64,000 bases of DNA from Candidatus Krumholzibacteriia bacterium (GCA_963825035.1 CAWGRT010000015.1:170456-234455); one strand, 5' to 3'. Shown: positions 11,401 to 20,923, counted from the first letter of the stretch. The notes: generated by a model not told the origin, from the letters alone. A program made the numbers and translations.

Positions 11401-11957
11401 CCTGATCCCCCTGACGACGGGCTTCTCGGTGGATTTCGCCGGCGCTGTTCCACGGCCACTTCGGCCGGGTGCTGGTCATCGGCGGCGAATCCAGCCAGTG
11501 GTGGGGGCCCATGGGCGTGGCGGTGATCTGGGGGCTGGCCGTGGCCACCTTCCTGACCCTGGTGGTGGTGCCCGTCATGTACAGCACCCTCGAGCCCATC
11601 AAGCGGGCCCTCCACGCCTCCTGGGTGCAGGTGATCCTGCGGGAATACGCGGTGTTCGCCGGACGCACCTCGCGGCGCCGGTACTGGGTGTTCGTGCTGA
11701 CCAGCGGGCTGGTGGCGGCGGTGCCGTTGATCCTGGATGCCCTGCTGGGCTGGCGGGGCGTGGCCACGCTGGCCTACCTCGTGGCGCTGACGGTGCCGGC
11801 CACGGGTCTGGCCGTCCGGCGCCTCCACGACGCCGGGCGCAGCGGCTGGTGGCTGCTGGCGCCGCTCGGGAACGTCGTGTTCCTGTTCTGGAGCGGCCAG
11901 CGGGGCGGCAACGCCTTCGGCGAACCGCAGCCCGACGGCTGGGACGACGCCGTCTGA
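8471..11957 (+). CDS. RND efflux permease (AcrB/MdtBC-like) with C-terminal DUF805 domain; many frameshifts
   Basis: [60 protein letters not shown], then GRTSRRRYW...[13 protein letters not shown]...N.FG. Confidence 0.88.
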
Positions 11958-11979
11958 CCGCTGCGGGTCCGGGGATGAA

Positions 11980-12009
11980 GAAGGGGAAGGGCGCGGGCCC
12001 TTCCCCTTC
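11980..12009. terminator. hairpin between convergent RND and octaheme genes
   Basis: gaaggggaagggc-gcgg-gcccttccccttc, 13-bp perfect stem. Confidence 0.75.
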
Positions 12010-12032
12010 GGTCGTCGCGGCGGGACCGCGGC

Positions 12033-13440
12033 TCAGTCGATGGCGTCCAGCAGGGGATCGCGCTTGTAGCCCAGCGCCTGCCAGTCCATGCGGCCGCCCT
12101 CGCGGTGGCAGTCCAGGCACTTCAGGGCGTGGGCCGCCGGCTGCACCTCGTGGAAGATGCCCATCCAGCGCTTGCTCCGGACCCAGCTGTACTCCGGGTC
12201 CGCGATGCCGTAGGCGGCCTCGGCGCCGTCGGCCACGGCCCGGGGCAGGTCGCCGTTGATGAAGAACTCGTCCACCGCCAGGGGGATGAGCCAGTTCCTG
12301 TCCTTGAGCAGGGGCAGCACGCCCTCGTGCAGCTTGAAGGCGTAGATCCGGGCCTTCTTGTCCTTGCGGCTGCCCTGGGGCTCCATCACGTGCACGGTGC
12401 CGTCGTCCGCGATGCGCACGGCCTGCCCCATGAGGGTCAGGCGCGTGTTGCCGTTGTACCAGGCATACACCGGCTGCACGTCCTTGCCCATGGTGATGGT
12501 GGCGGACCACTTGTTGGCCGACGGGTGGAACTGCGGCGTGGACCAGTCCCGCCGCATGTCCGTGGCGTCGTCCTTGGCGAAGGTCGGGATATGGCAGACG
12601 GTGCAGTACACCCGGGCCGTGTGGTGGTCCAGGATCGCCACGCCGTGGGGCTGCTCCGTAGTGGCAGCTGGCGCAGTTCAGGGGATTCCCGGGGTCGTCG
12701 GTGGCCGACAGGTCGGAACCGCGGCCGCGCACCCGGTGGTCGTCGCCGGCGTGGCAGGCGATGCACTGCATGTCGTTGCCGTCCTTGGCCATGTGCACGT
12801 CGAAGCTGCTGTCGCAGTCGGCCAGGGCGTACTCGATATCGCCGCGCTTGAAGTTGGGGCCGCCGCCGGCGCCGCTGTGGCAGCGCAGGCACATGCTCCG
12901 CTCGGGCAGGGTGATGCGCTTGGCGACCGAATCCAGGCCCACCTGGTTCTTCCAGAGGATGGGCTTCCAGACCCAGTTGCCGGCGTCGTCCCGGTAGAGG
13001 TCGCGGCGGTAGCCGGCGGCGTGGCAGATCAGGCAGTCGATGTTCTCCAGCTGCGCGTCGCTCAGTTCGGGGCTGGGCTTCAGGCCCAGGCCGGCGTGGC
13101 ACTTGGAGCAGCCCTGGGCGATGACCTTGCCGTCCTTGTTGACGGCGTTGCCGATCCAGCTGGCCAGCGGGTTGGTGCAGAAGTCGTTCATCGTGTTCAG
13201 CTTGCCCAGCTTGTGGCCGTCGCTGTTGACGATGTTGGGCGCGTCGCCCAGCCACTGGTAGTGCTGGGAGTGGAAGAAGGACCTGGCCTCCTCCTCGTGG
13301 CACTGCAGGCACGTGCTCGTGCCCTCGTAGTGGTCGAAGTAGCCCTCCTGGTGCGAGTACGTCCGCTTGGCGGCCGGGGCGTTCCCGGCCGCCAAGGCGA
13401 CGACGATCAGCGCCAGGACGATGCTTGTGGTCGTCCTCAT
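12033..13440 (-). CDS. octaheme c-type cytochrome, OTR (tetrathionate reductase) family; frameshift near 12655
   Basis: Signal peptide and 8 CxxCH motifs (CLQCH, CSKCH, CLICH, CLRCH, CIACH, CASCH, CTVCH, CLDCH); GKLNTMNDFC and DVHM motifs typical of OTR. Confidence 0.85.
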
Positions 13441-13449
13441 GCGATCCTC

Positions 13450-15093
13450 CTAGAACCGGGCGCTGAAGCCCAGCGACAGCTTGCCGGCCTTGCTGTAGGT
13501 GGGGAAGCCCTGGACGACGGCGGTGTCGCCGATCTCCTTGGGGGCGCCCACGTGCCAGCCGCTGCCGGTGTAGTCGTAGTCGTAGTGGATGTAGCCCAGC
13601 CGCACGATGAAGGTCTTGCGGATGCGGTGGGTGACGTAGGCTTCCCACACGGTGCCGCGGGTCGCGGTCTTCGGGCCGATCAGGTCGTCCTGGGCGGGGG
13701 TGAAGTTGAACCAGTACTGGGAACCCTTGTTCCACTCCAGGCCCACCTTGGTCTTGCCGTCGGGCATGGTGTAGCGGGCCCCCAGGTAGTACATGGAGCC
13801 GGTCTGGGACTCGGGGGTCTCGTACGGGTCGCAGAGCAGCCCGCCGAAGGGACCGGTCACGTCGTCGGGGTGGCTCTTGCTCCAGCTGCCGGTCACGAAC
13901 CAGTCGACGGGGCCGTCGGTGCGCGACACCAGCAGGCTGGCGATGTCGAAGTCGCCCAGGTTGGCCGAGGGCGCGAAGCGGGTGACGATGGGGCCGGGCA
14001 TGGGCTGGCCGGTGACCGGGTTGTTGGGCAGGATGATGTCGCCGGCGAAGCCGTCGGTGATGTCGAACGCCCGCGCCAGGGTGGTCTGGACCTGCAGGTC
14101 GGGGCTGTCGTAGGCGTCGATGTTGAAGCCGAAGAACGGGGCGTCCTTCAGGGCGCGGTCCGCCGAGACCAGGCCGTTGCCGTACTGGGATTCGAAGCCC
14201 AGGCCGTAGCAGGCGCGCAGGGTGGTGTACTCGCCCAGGTGCCAGCCCATGGTGGCGCCGTCGAACTGCATGTCGATGATGGTGCCCATGGGCGTGCCCT
14301 GGCGCACCTCGTCCTCGCGGTACTGCAGCGGGGGGCCGTCGGTGCTCGGACGGCGGCCGATGCTCAGGTACAGGGGATCGAAGAACATGTGGCTCCAGGA
14401 GAAGTACGCCCGGTCCACCTTCAGGGTGGCGTCGCCCGGCACGCCGGGCCAGTTGGCGTCGGTGTTCAGGGTGTTGGCCTGGCCGTTGAAGACGCCCGTC
14501 TGGGTCGAGGCGCCCCAGGGCTTGTACATGGACAGGCGGCCGGCGAAGCTGACGTCTTCGGCGACCTTGGTGTCCATGTTCAGGCGCAGCCGGGTGGTGT
14601 AGAGGATGTCGTTGTCGGTCTTGAAGCCCTGGCGGGCGGCGTCGGCCATGAACATCCCCATCATCTGCTGCATGCCCTGGGGATCCATGGCGCCCATGGT
14701 CTGGACCCAGTCCTTGACGTCGGCGAAGGACGTCATGCCCTGGAAGACCTGGAAATTGGCGTAGTTCTGCGCGATGTAGTTGTCGATGTCGGCCGTGCCC
14801 GTGACGGGCTGGCCGGCGCCGAAGGTCGGATCGGTGTAGAACATCGTGCCGAAGACGAGGGCCTGCATGCGCATGCCGTCGACGTAGTCGGGGATCTCGC
14901 CGGTGATGGTGTTGGCGTCCACGCGCAGGTCGCCGCTCCACGCGATCTTGTCCTTGGCATCGTTGACCACCAGCTTCTGGACCTTCTTCTCCAGCGCCTT
15001 CAGACGGTCCTCGGTGGTGCGCTCGGCGAAGGCGTTGCCGGACACGGCCACGAGGGCGGCGGCCAGCAGGACGATCGACAGGGTCTTCTTCAT
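13450..15093 (-). CDS. DUF3373-like outer-membrane beta-barrel/porin
   Basis: Signal peptide, short coiled coil, WSGDLR, TRLRLNM, VDRAYF.W, SIGRRPSTDGPP, GSQYWFNFT, C-terminal Phe. Confidence 0.75.
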   Translation of the reverse strand: MKKTLSIVLLAAALVAVSGNAFAERTTEDRLKALEKKVQKLVVNDAKDKIAWSGDLRVDANTITGEIPDYVDGMRMQALVFGTMFYTDPTFGAGQPVTGTADIDNYIAQNYANFQVFQGMTSFADVKDWVQTMGAMDPQGMQQMMGMFMADAARQGFKTDNDILYTTRLRLNMDTKVAEDVSFAGRLSMYKPWGASTQTGVFNGQANTLNTDANWPGVPGDATLKVDRAYFSWSHMFFDPLYLSIGRRPSTDGPPLQYREDEVRQGTPMGTIIDMQFDGATMGWHLGEYTTLRACYGLGFESQYGNGLVSADRALKDAPFFGFNIDAYDSPDLQVQTTLARAFDITDGFAGDIILPNNPVTGQPMPGPIVTRFAPSANLGDFDIASLLVSRTDGPVDWFVTGSWSKSHPDDVTGPFGGLLCDPYETPESQTGSMYYLGARYTMPDGKTKVGLEWNKGSQYWFNFTPAQDDLIGPKTATRGTVWEAYVTHRIRKTFIVRLGYIHYDYDYTGSGWHVGAPKEIGDTAVVQGFPTYSKAGKLSLGFSARF

Positions 15094-15139
15094 CGTTGGC
15101 CCTCCGGGTCGGTTGCGGGTGTTGGCAGGGAAACGAAAG

Positions 15140-15165
15140 GGCGGGCGCCCCGGAAGGCGCCCGCC
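15140..15165 (-). terminator. intra-operon hairpin after the cytochrome c gene
   Basis: ggcgggcgcc/ggcgcccgcc stem followed by CTTTCGTTT on the minus strand. Confidence 0.6.
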
Positions 15166-15172
15166 ACGGGTT

Positions 15173-15547
15173 CTAGCCGCAGGTCATGGGCTGTTCGCTG
15201 TCGGCGGCATGGTCGACGCAGAAGGCGCGGATCTTCTTGATCATGTCCTTGTCCAGGACGTCCAGCAGCTTCTTGGAGTCGTCCTGGGGGCAGGTCAGGT
15301 CCTTGTGGGTGTCCACCAGGATCGAGTCGAAGAATTCGTTCCACTGGTCCTGGATCAGGCTCATGGGGGTGTACTCGCCGGCCTTGGCGTCGGGGCCGTG
15401 GCACTGCTTGCAGACGTTCCGGTAGAGTTCCTTGCCGTCCATCTTCGTCAGGGGCGTGGGGGTGTCGTCGTCGGCCGCCAGGGCCAGGCCGGTCCAGGCG
15501 CCCGCCGCGAGCAGCACTGTGGCCAGGATCAGGATTCGCTTCGTCAT
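15173..15547 (-). CDS. small periplasmic monoheme cytochrome c
   Basis: Signal peptide, GKELYRNVCKQCH, C-terminal HAADSEQPMTCG. Confidence 0.85.
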   Translation of the reverse strand: MTKRILILATVLLAAGAWTGLALAADDDTPTPLTKMDGKELYRNVCKQCHGPDAKAGEYTPMSLIQDQWNEFFDSILVDTHKDLTCPQDDSKKLLDVLDKDMIKKIRAFCVDHAADSEQPMTCG

Positions 15548-15863
15548 TGCCGTGGTCCTCCTTGCCGGTTCTGCCGGCGCATGGGGTGGGTTTCCCGCTA
15601 CGGTTGCAGACAATCGAACGTGCGCGATCGATATTTAGGGAAACGATCTCCTCACCTGTTACCAAAGTCAAGTAATCTGTTAATCCATAGATCGACAGTA
15701 GGTTTTGGCCGCCAACATGTCGCCGGACTCTGTAACTGTTTTAAATAATGGCCAGCAGCCCCCGGCGGAGCGCGGGCTGTCGGCGGGCGCACCGGAATCG
15801 GTCCGCGGGATCTTGGCTGGTAACGGGCTGAAATGGCCAATAATACGTTTATAAGATAACAGC

Positions 15864-15890
15864 TAAAGTTGTCCAGCGATCGGCCGAAAA
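15864..15890 (+). promoter_or_regulatory. sigma28 (FliA) promoter
   Basis: TAAA-N15-GCCGAAAA, about 40 nt upstream of ORF 15933. Confidence 0.75.
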
Positions 15891-15932
15891 CTACCATGCG
15901 AGGGATTCCCGCCCTTCCCGAAAGGGGATGCC

Positions 15933-16166
15933 ATGGTCACCGGCGCCTTGTCGTCCGCCCTGGCGGGCATGCAGTCCAATCAACGAGCCTTCGCCCGCCA
16001 CGCCGAACGCGTCGCCGCGGTCGGCACCGGTCCGCCGGCGCCGGACGTCTCCCTGGAGGACGAACTGGTGGGCGTGATGCAGGCGCGCCGCGGCTACGAG
16101 GCCAACCTGGCCGTGGCCCGCGCCGCCGATGACATGCTGGGCACCCTCATCGACGTCCTGGTCTGA
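15933..16166 (+). CDS. small flagellar basal-body rod/hook-like protein (terminal helices only)
   Basis: ALSSALAGM...A N-terminal helix and V.LEDELVGVMQARRGYEANL.V..AADDMLG.LI Flg_bbr_C motif in 77 aa. Confidence 0.75.
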   Translation: MVTGALSSALAGMQSNQRAFARHAERVAAVGTGPPAPDVSLEDELVGVMQARRGYEANLAVARAADDMLGTLIDVLV

Positions 16167-16259
16167 GCCATTTCCCCGCGACACCGCCGGAAGCCTGTGG
16201 CATGCTGGGACCCGTCCGCGGCCCAGGTCGGGCCGCGCCCCAGACTGCCGAGGTGAACC

Positions 16260-17651
16260 GTGAGCGTCCGTCCCGTCCTCTTCGAAGACCACACCGCCGC
16301 CCGCTTCCGGCCCTTGGCCTGGAGCGTGCCCGTGCCCGAGATCCGCTGCGGCCTGTTCTGCCTCCGGGAGCGCCTGGGCCTGCTCCGACCCGGGGGCGGC
16401 GTGACGGCCGTGCGGCCGGGGCTGCGCCCCCTGGGGACGGATCCGGCTTGGCGTCCCATCCCGTCTGCGACGGCCGCGGGTCGGGACCTGTGGCTCAACG
16501 GCCGCCTGGCGCCTGCCGCGCCCCTGCTGGCCGATCTGCTGGCGGCCGCGGCCGTGGGGCCCTTCGCCTGGACGGACGAGGCCGGTCTGCTGGCCCTGGC
16601 GGCCGATCCGCCCCTGGCGGCGGCGACCCTCGCGTCGTGGGAGACCTGGCGGGAGCAGGCGGAGGAGCAGCCCGGCGACGCACCGGCGGCCTGGAGACCG
16701 GCCCTGCCGGCGGAGTGGGAGGCCCAGGAGACGCCCGGAGGCGGCCGCTGGCTGCGGCCCGGCGACGCCGGCCCCGGGGCCCCGGGCACGGCCGGCCCGG
16801 CCCTGGGGTGGATCTGGGACCTGGTCCCGCGCACCGCGGCGGCCATCGCCGCGGATCTGGTGCTGGCCGGGGGGCGGCGCTGGCGCCGTCATCCCTTCGG
16901 CCTGGTGCCGGCTGCCGGGGCGGCTGATCCGATCTGGGCGGCCGAGACGGCCCTCGCCCCGGCATCGCCGCCAGGGGTCGCGGTCCGCGGCGAAGGGGGC
17001 CTGTTCCTGGGGCCGGACACGGACATCCTGCCGGGCACGGTCATCGACACCCGCCCAGGGCCCGTCGTCCTGGACCGGGGCGTCCGCGTGGGGGCGCACG
17101 TCTTCCTGGAGGGCCCCCTCTACCTGGGCCCCGGGTGCCGGGTGAAGGCCGGGGCCTGCCTCTACGGGGAGTCGTCCTACGGCACGGGTTGCCGCGTGGC
17201 CGGCGAGGTCGGTGAGAGCACCTTCGGCGACTTCGCCAACAAGCAGCACGAAGGCTTCATCGGCCACGCCGTGCTGGGCTCGTGGGTGAACCTGGGGGCC
17301 ATGACCACCTGCAGCGACCTGAAGAACAACTACGGCCCGGTGCGGGTGGACCTGGGCTGGGGGGCGGTGGACACGGGGTTGCGTTTCGTGGGGCTGCTCA
17401 TGGGCGACCACGCCAAGACGGCCATCGGCACCCTCTTCAACACGGGCACGGTGGTGGGCTTCGCCGCCAACGTGTTCGGCGACCGGCAGCCGCCCAAGCA
17501 CGTGCCCTCGTTCAGCTGGGGCGGGCAGGCCGGCGATCCGGCCTACGACGTGGAGAAGGCCGTGGCGACCGCCCGGGTGGTGCTGTCGCGGCGAGGCTGC
17601 GAGCTGGGGCCGGACCACGCGTTCCTCTTCCGTTCCCTGGCCTCCCTCTGA
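16260..17651 (+). CDS. GlmU-related putative sugar nucleotidyltransferase / hexapeptide acyltransferase
   Basis: F.PL...P..EIRCG...LRE N-terminus; LbH repeats; NKQHEGFIGHAVLGSWVNLGA.T..SDLKNNYG; GDHAKTAIGTLFNTGTVVG. Confidence 0.85.
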   Translation: MSVRPVLFEDHTAARFRPLAWSVPVPEIRCGLFCLRERLGLLRPGGGVTAVRPGLRPLGTDPAWRPIPSATAAGRDLWLNGRLAPAAPLLADLLAAAAVGPFAWTDEAGLLALAADPPLAAATLASWETWREQAEEQPGDAPAAWRPALPAEWEAQETPGGGRWLRPGDAGPGAPGTAGPALGWIWDLVPRTAAAIAADLVLAGGRRWRRHPFGLVPAAGAADPIWAAETALAPASPPGVAVRGEGGLFLGPDTDILPGTVIDTRPGPVVLDRGVRVGAHVFLEGPLYLGPGCRVKAGACLYGESSYGTGCRVAGEVGESTFGDFANKQHEGFIGHAVLGSWVNLGAMTTCSDLKNNYGPVRVDLGWGAVDTGLRFVGLLMGDHAKTAIGTLFNTGTVVGFAANVFGDRQPPKHVPSFSWGGQAGDPAYDVEKAVATARVVLSRRGCELGPDHAFLFRSLASL

Positions 17652-17815
17652 GGGCGGGGGATTGCAGATTGCGGCGGGTCGGGGCGCCGGACGGCAGATC
17701 TGCAACGCCGCCGGACCCGACCCCGGGTCGGCGGCTTTCTCCCCTCGTCCAACAACTCACTGGATTTCAATCGTTTGGCCGGTGAGAGAACCCGGCGCGA
17801 AGACCGCGGTCCCGG

Positions 17816-17830
17816 TGGCACGGACGATGC
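17816..17830 (+). promoter_or_regulatory. sigma54 promoter upstream of the HU/IHF gene
   Basis: TGGCACGGACGATGC (GG-N10-GC); near-consensus IHF site TTTCAATCGTTTG at 17765-17777. Confidence 0.55.
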
Positions 17831-18063
17831 AACCCTCAGGATACAATGTTCTCTGCGCCGTCCGTGCTTGACCGCCGGAGCCTCCACACCTCGATGTTGT
17901 GGGTTCTCCGTGCCGGCCACGCGGCGACCGCGGGGAACATTATTTTTTCCTTGGCGCAATCACGAAGTTGTGATATTCATTGATTCACGTAACCTTGATC
18001 CAACAAACAACGTACAGATCATCGCGTGTGCACATTCTCAGGGTCGCGAAATGGGGAGCATCC

Positions 18064-18345
18064 ATGACCAAAGCGGAACTGGTGGAGATCATCGCCGGCG
18101 AAACCGGTGTCAGCAAGAAGGACACGGCGCAGATCGTCGAACTCATCATGGACAACATCGGCCGGGCCCTGGTGGGCGGTGACCGCATCGAACTGAGGGG
18201 TTTCGGCAGCTTCAAGGTCAAGACACGGGGTGCGCGCCAGGCCCGCAATCCGCGGACCGGCGACTCGGTGGCCGTGCCTGCCAAGCGGGTGCCGTTCTTC
18301 AAGGCTTCCAACGAACTGAAGGGCCGGCTCAACCCGAAAGATTGA
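18064..18345 (+). CDS. HU/IHF-beta family nucleoid protein
   Basis: MTKAELV...RIELRGFGSFKVK.R.AR.ARNPRTG..V.VPAKRVPFFKAS.ELK. Confidence 0.95.
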   Translation: MTKAELVEIIAGETGVSKKDTAQIVELIMDNIGRALVGGDRIELRGFGSFKVKTRGARQARNPRTGDSVAVPAKRVPFFKASNELKGRLNPKD

Positions 18346-18363
18346 CACCACGCAACTTCCGGG

Positions 18364-18392
18364 TTGTCGCCGGGAGGGGCGCGTCCTATCTT
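18364..18392 (+). promoter_or_regulatory. sigma70 promoter for bS22
   Basis: TTGTCG-N17-TATCTT. Confidence 0.5.
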
Positions 18393-18522
18393 GGGGAGTC
18401 CGTTCGGGCGCGCGGGGACCTCTGGCTCCGTCGCGCGGTTTCGTGCGGATCGCAGACAGCTCCGGTTTCGGTTCCCCGAGGCACTGGGAACCTGACGATT
18501 CAGATGCGAAAGGCAGGTTGCC

Positions 18523-18612
18523 ATGCCCAACGGGCGTAAGCGCAAGCGCAAGAAGATTGCGACGCACAAGCGCAAGAAGCGGTTGCGTAAGAACCGTCAC
18601 AAGAAGAAGTAG
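18523..18612 (+). CDS. 30S ribosomal protein bS22 / AURKAIP1-COX24-like basic peptide (29 aa; below the ORF-track cutoff)
   Basis: MPNGRKRKRKKIATHKRKKRLRKNRHKKK* with a purine-rich RBS. Confidence 0.9.
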   Translation: MPNGRKRKRKKIATHKRKKRLRKNRHKKK

Positions 18613-18711
18613 CGAGCCAGAGAGGCCGGCGCCCGGGTTCCGCGGGAATCGGGTGCCGGCCGGCCGCTGCCCTGGCCGCCGCGCGCGGCCGTGCGGAAAG
18701 GACGAGCCGGC

Positions 18712-19086
18712 ATGTCGGAGATCCGCCAGGAACGCCGTGGGGCGTTTCGCGTCGACGCGAGCCTGAAGCTCCAAGTCGCCCTCCCCGAAGGCGGGGGCAC
18801 CGCCGCGCTCGAGACCATCAACATCAGCTCCTCAGGGCTCTACTTCCGTTCGGACCGCTTCCTCGAGCCCATGACCAAGCTGGCCCTGGAGTTGGAGGTG
18901 GCCGTTCCCGACGGCGACGGCCTGGCGCTGGTGCCCTGCGAGGGCCTGGTGGTCCGCACCGATCCCGAGACGCCCGGCGACGAGGGGACCGACTACGAGG
19001 TGGCGGTCTTCTTCACCCACATCGAACCCGAGGCCCGCGGCGTGCTGGAAAAGCACATCGCGATGCTTCTGGATCCCTCGGCCTGA
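18712..19086 (+). CDS. PilZ domain protein
   Basis: ERRGAFR (RxxxR) and NISSSG (D/NxSxxG) c-di-GMP motifs. Confidence 0.85.
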   Translation: MSEIRQERRGAFRVDASLKLQVALPEGGGTAALETINISSSGLYFRSDRFLEPMTKLALELEVAVPDGDGLALVPCEGLVVRTDPETPGDEGTDYEVAVFFTHIEPEARGVLEKHIAMLLDPSA

Positions 19087-19111
19087 CCGCCGCCCGGCCC
19101 CCAGAATCCCG

Positions 19112-19138
19112 TCAAGTCCCCGCCTGCCCCGACGATAA
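19112..19138 (+). promoter_or_regulatory. sigma28 promoter
   Basis: TCAA-N15-GACGATAA. Confidence 0.65.
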
Positions 19139-19207
19139 CCACCAGGTGACGTGCCCTGCGGACCGTGCCGGTCCGTCCCACCGAGCAGGTTGGAGCCCAG
19201 TGCCGTG

Positions 19208-20692
19208 ATGGTCGATCCCCAGGAACGGACGATCCTCGTCGTCGACGACTCGCCGCCGACGTGCCTGTACCTGCGGCGCCTGCTGGAGCAGCGGGGCTAC
19301 CGGGTGCTGACGGCCAACGACGGCGCGGCGGGCGCGCGGCTGGCCCTGGAATCCCTGCCGGACCTCATCCTCCTGGACAAGGAGATGCCCGGGATGCACG
19401 GCTTCGACGTGAGCCGCATCCTGCGCCGGCACCAGGACACCAGCGGCATCCCCATCCTCATGATCAGTTCGGAGACCGAGATCGCCGAGCGCATCCGCGG
19501 CCTGGAGATGGGCGCGGACGACTTCATCACCAAGGGGATCACGGGCGAGGAACTCCACTCCAAGATCAACGCCTTCCTGCGGATCAAGGATCTGCAGGAT
19601 CGGCTCAAGGGCGAGAGCGACAAGCTCAACCAGATCTTCCGCTTCCTCCACGAGCCCGTGGCCATCTGCGACGCCGACGATCGGGTGTTGCTGGCCAGCC
19701 AGGTCTTCCTGAGCCTCATGCGCATGCCCCGCGAGGTCGCGCGCTTCAAGAGCATGACGGAGATCCTGCAGACGCTGCACGTGCCGGCCGAGGCCATCGA
19801 GGCGCTGGGGCGCGGCAGCCGCGAGGAGATCCGCATCACCATCACCATCGACGGCGAGCCCACCTACCTCACCGGCCGCACGGCGCCCATCCGCCTGGAC
19901 AGCAACGAGGAGGCGCTGGCCTACATCTTCCGGGACGTGACCCGCGAGGTGGAGACCGAGCGCATGAAGTCCGACTTCCACTCCATGATCGCCCACGACC
20001 TGCGCTCGCCCATGTCGGTGATCCAGGGCTACGTGTCCCTGATGGCCTCGGGCAAGACGGGGGACATCAACGCCACCCAGGCCGAGTTCCTGGAGAGCGT
20101 GAACCGCAAGATCACCGAGATGACGGCCCTGCTCAACGACTTCCTGGACATGAGCAAGATGGACGCGGGCTTCGTCAACCTGAAGTGCCAGGACCTTGAC
20201 CTGGGCGCCCTGATCGGCGAGGTGGTGGCCGACCTGGCGCCCATGGCCGAGAGCCGGGACATCGAGGTGACCGTCGACCTGCCGGGCGAGGCGGTGTGGA
20301 TCCACGCCGACACCCTGCGTCTGACCCAGATCCTGCGCAACATCGTCTCCAACGCCATCAAGTACAACGTCGAGGCGGGCTGGATCCGCCTGTCGGTCGC
20401 GCCCGGGGTGGACGGTTACGCCCGGGTGAGCATCGCCGACGGCGGCATCGGCATGTCCGAGGACGAGCTGCGCGTGCTGTTCCAGCCCTACACCCGGGGC
20501 GCGACCCAGCGCACCATCAAGGGCGTGGGGCTGGGCGTGGTCATCGTCAAGAAGCTGGTGGAGGCGCACGGGGGCCAGGTGCACGTGGTCAGCGAGCCGG
20601 GCCGCGGCAGCCTCTTCTCCTTCACGATGCCGGTGGCCGAGGTCCCTGCCGACGAGTCCGCCCCAGCCGCCCTGCAGCCGACCGCCCCCTGA
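19208..20692 (+). CDS. cytoplasmic hybrid kinase REC-PAS-HisKA-HATPase
   Basis: [57 protein letters not shown]. Confidence 0.92.
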   Translation: MVDPQERTILVVDDSPPTCLYLRRLLEQRGYRVLTANDGAAGARLALESLPDLILLDKEMPGMHGFDVSRILRRHQDTSGIPILMISSETEIAERIRGLEMGADDFITKGITGEELHSKINAFLRIKDLQDRLKGESDKLNQIFRFLHEPVAICDADDRVLLASQVFLSLMRMPREVARFKSMTEILQTLHVPAEAIEALGRGSREEIRITITIDGEPTYLTGRTAPIRLDSNEEALAYIFRDVTREVETERMKSDFHSMIAHDLRSPMSVIQGYVSLMASGKTGDINATQAEFLESVNRKITEMTALLNDFLDMSKMDAGFVNLKCQDLDLGALIGEVVADLAPMAESRDIEVTVDLPGEAVWIHADTLRLTQILRNIVSNAIKYNVEAGWIRLSVAPGVDGYARVSIADGGIGMSEDELRVLFQPYTRGATQRTIKGVGLGVVIVKKLVEAHGGQVHVVSEPGRGSLFSFTMPVAEVPADESAPAALQPTAP

Positions 20693-20760
20693 CCGGCCGC
20701 CCACGATTCTGCCACCCCCTGCATCCCTTCCAGCCACGTCCGCGGCGACGGCGCCGGCAC

Positions 20761-20879
20761 GGGCACGTCCTGCCCGGGCGGCAGGATTTGCCGCCCCGGC
20801 CCCGCAGGAGAGGTTTCCGGCCCCGCCGCCGCGCTTGCGCCCCGCCCGGCACCCCTCGGGATCCCGGCAGGAAATGCCG
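20761..20879. promoter_or_regulatory. three GGCA-N5-TGCC palindromes, candidate enhancer (UAS) sites
   Basis: GGGCACGTCCTGCCC 20761, CGGCAGGATTTGCCG 20779, CGGCAGGAAATGCCG 20865. Confidence 0.6.
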
Positions 20880-20908
20880 CCCGCCCCTGCCGGCCGCACC
20901 GCGCCCGG

Positions 20909-20923
20909 CGGCACGTGCCTTGC
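20909..20923 (+). promoter_or_regulatory. sigma54 promoter of the flgF operon
   Basis: CGGCACGTGCCTTGC. Confidence 0.8.

Noticed and set aside
15600-15860. FNR/CRP box or ncRNA in the AT-rich region upstream of the cytochrome operon
   Set aside because: Only weak partial matches (TTGAC-N4-GTAAC, two CTGTTA); not enough for a call.
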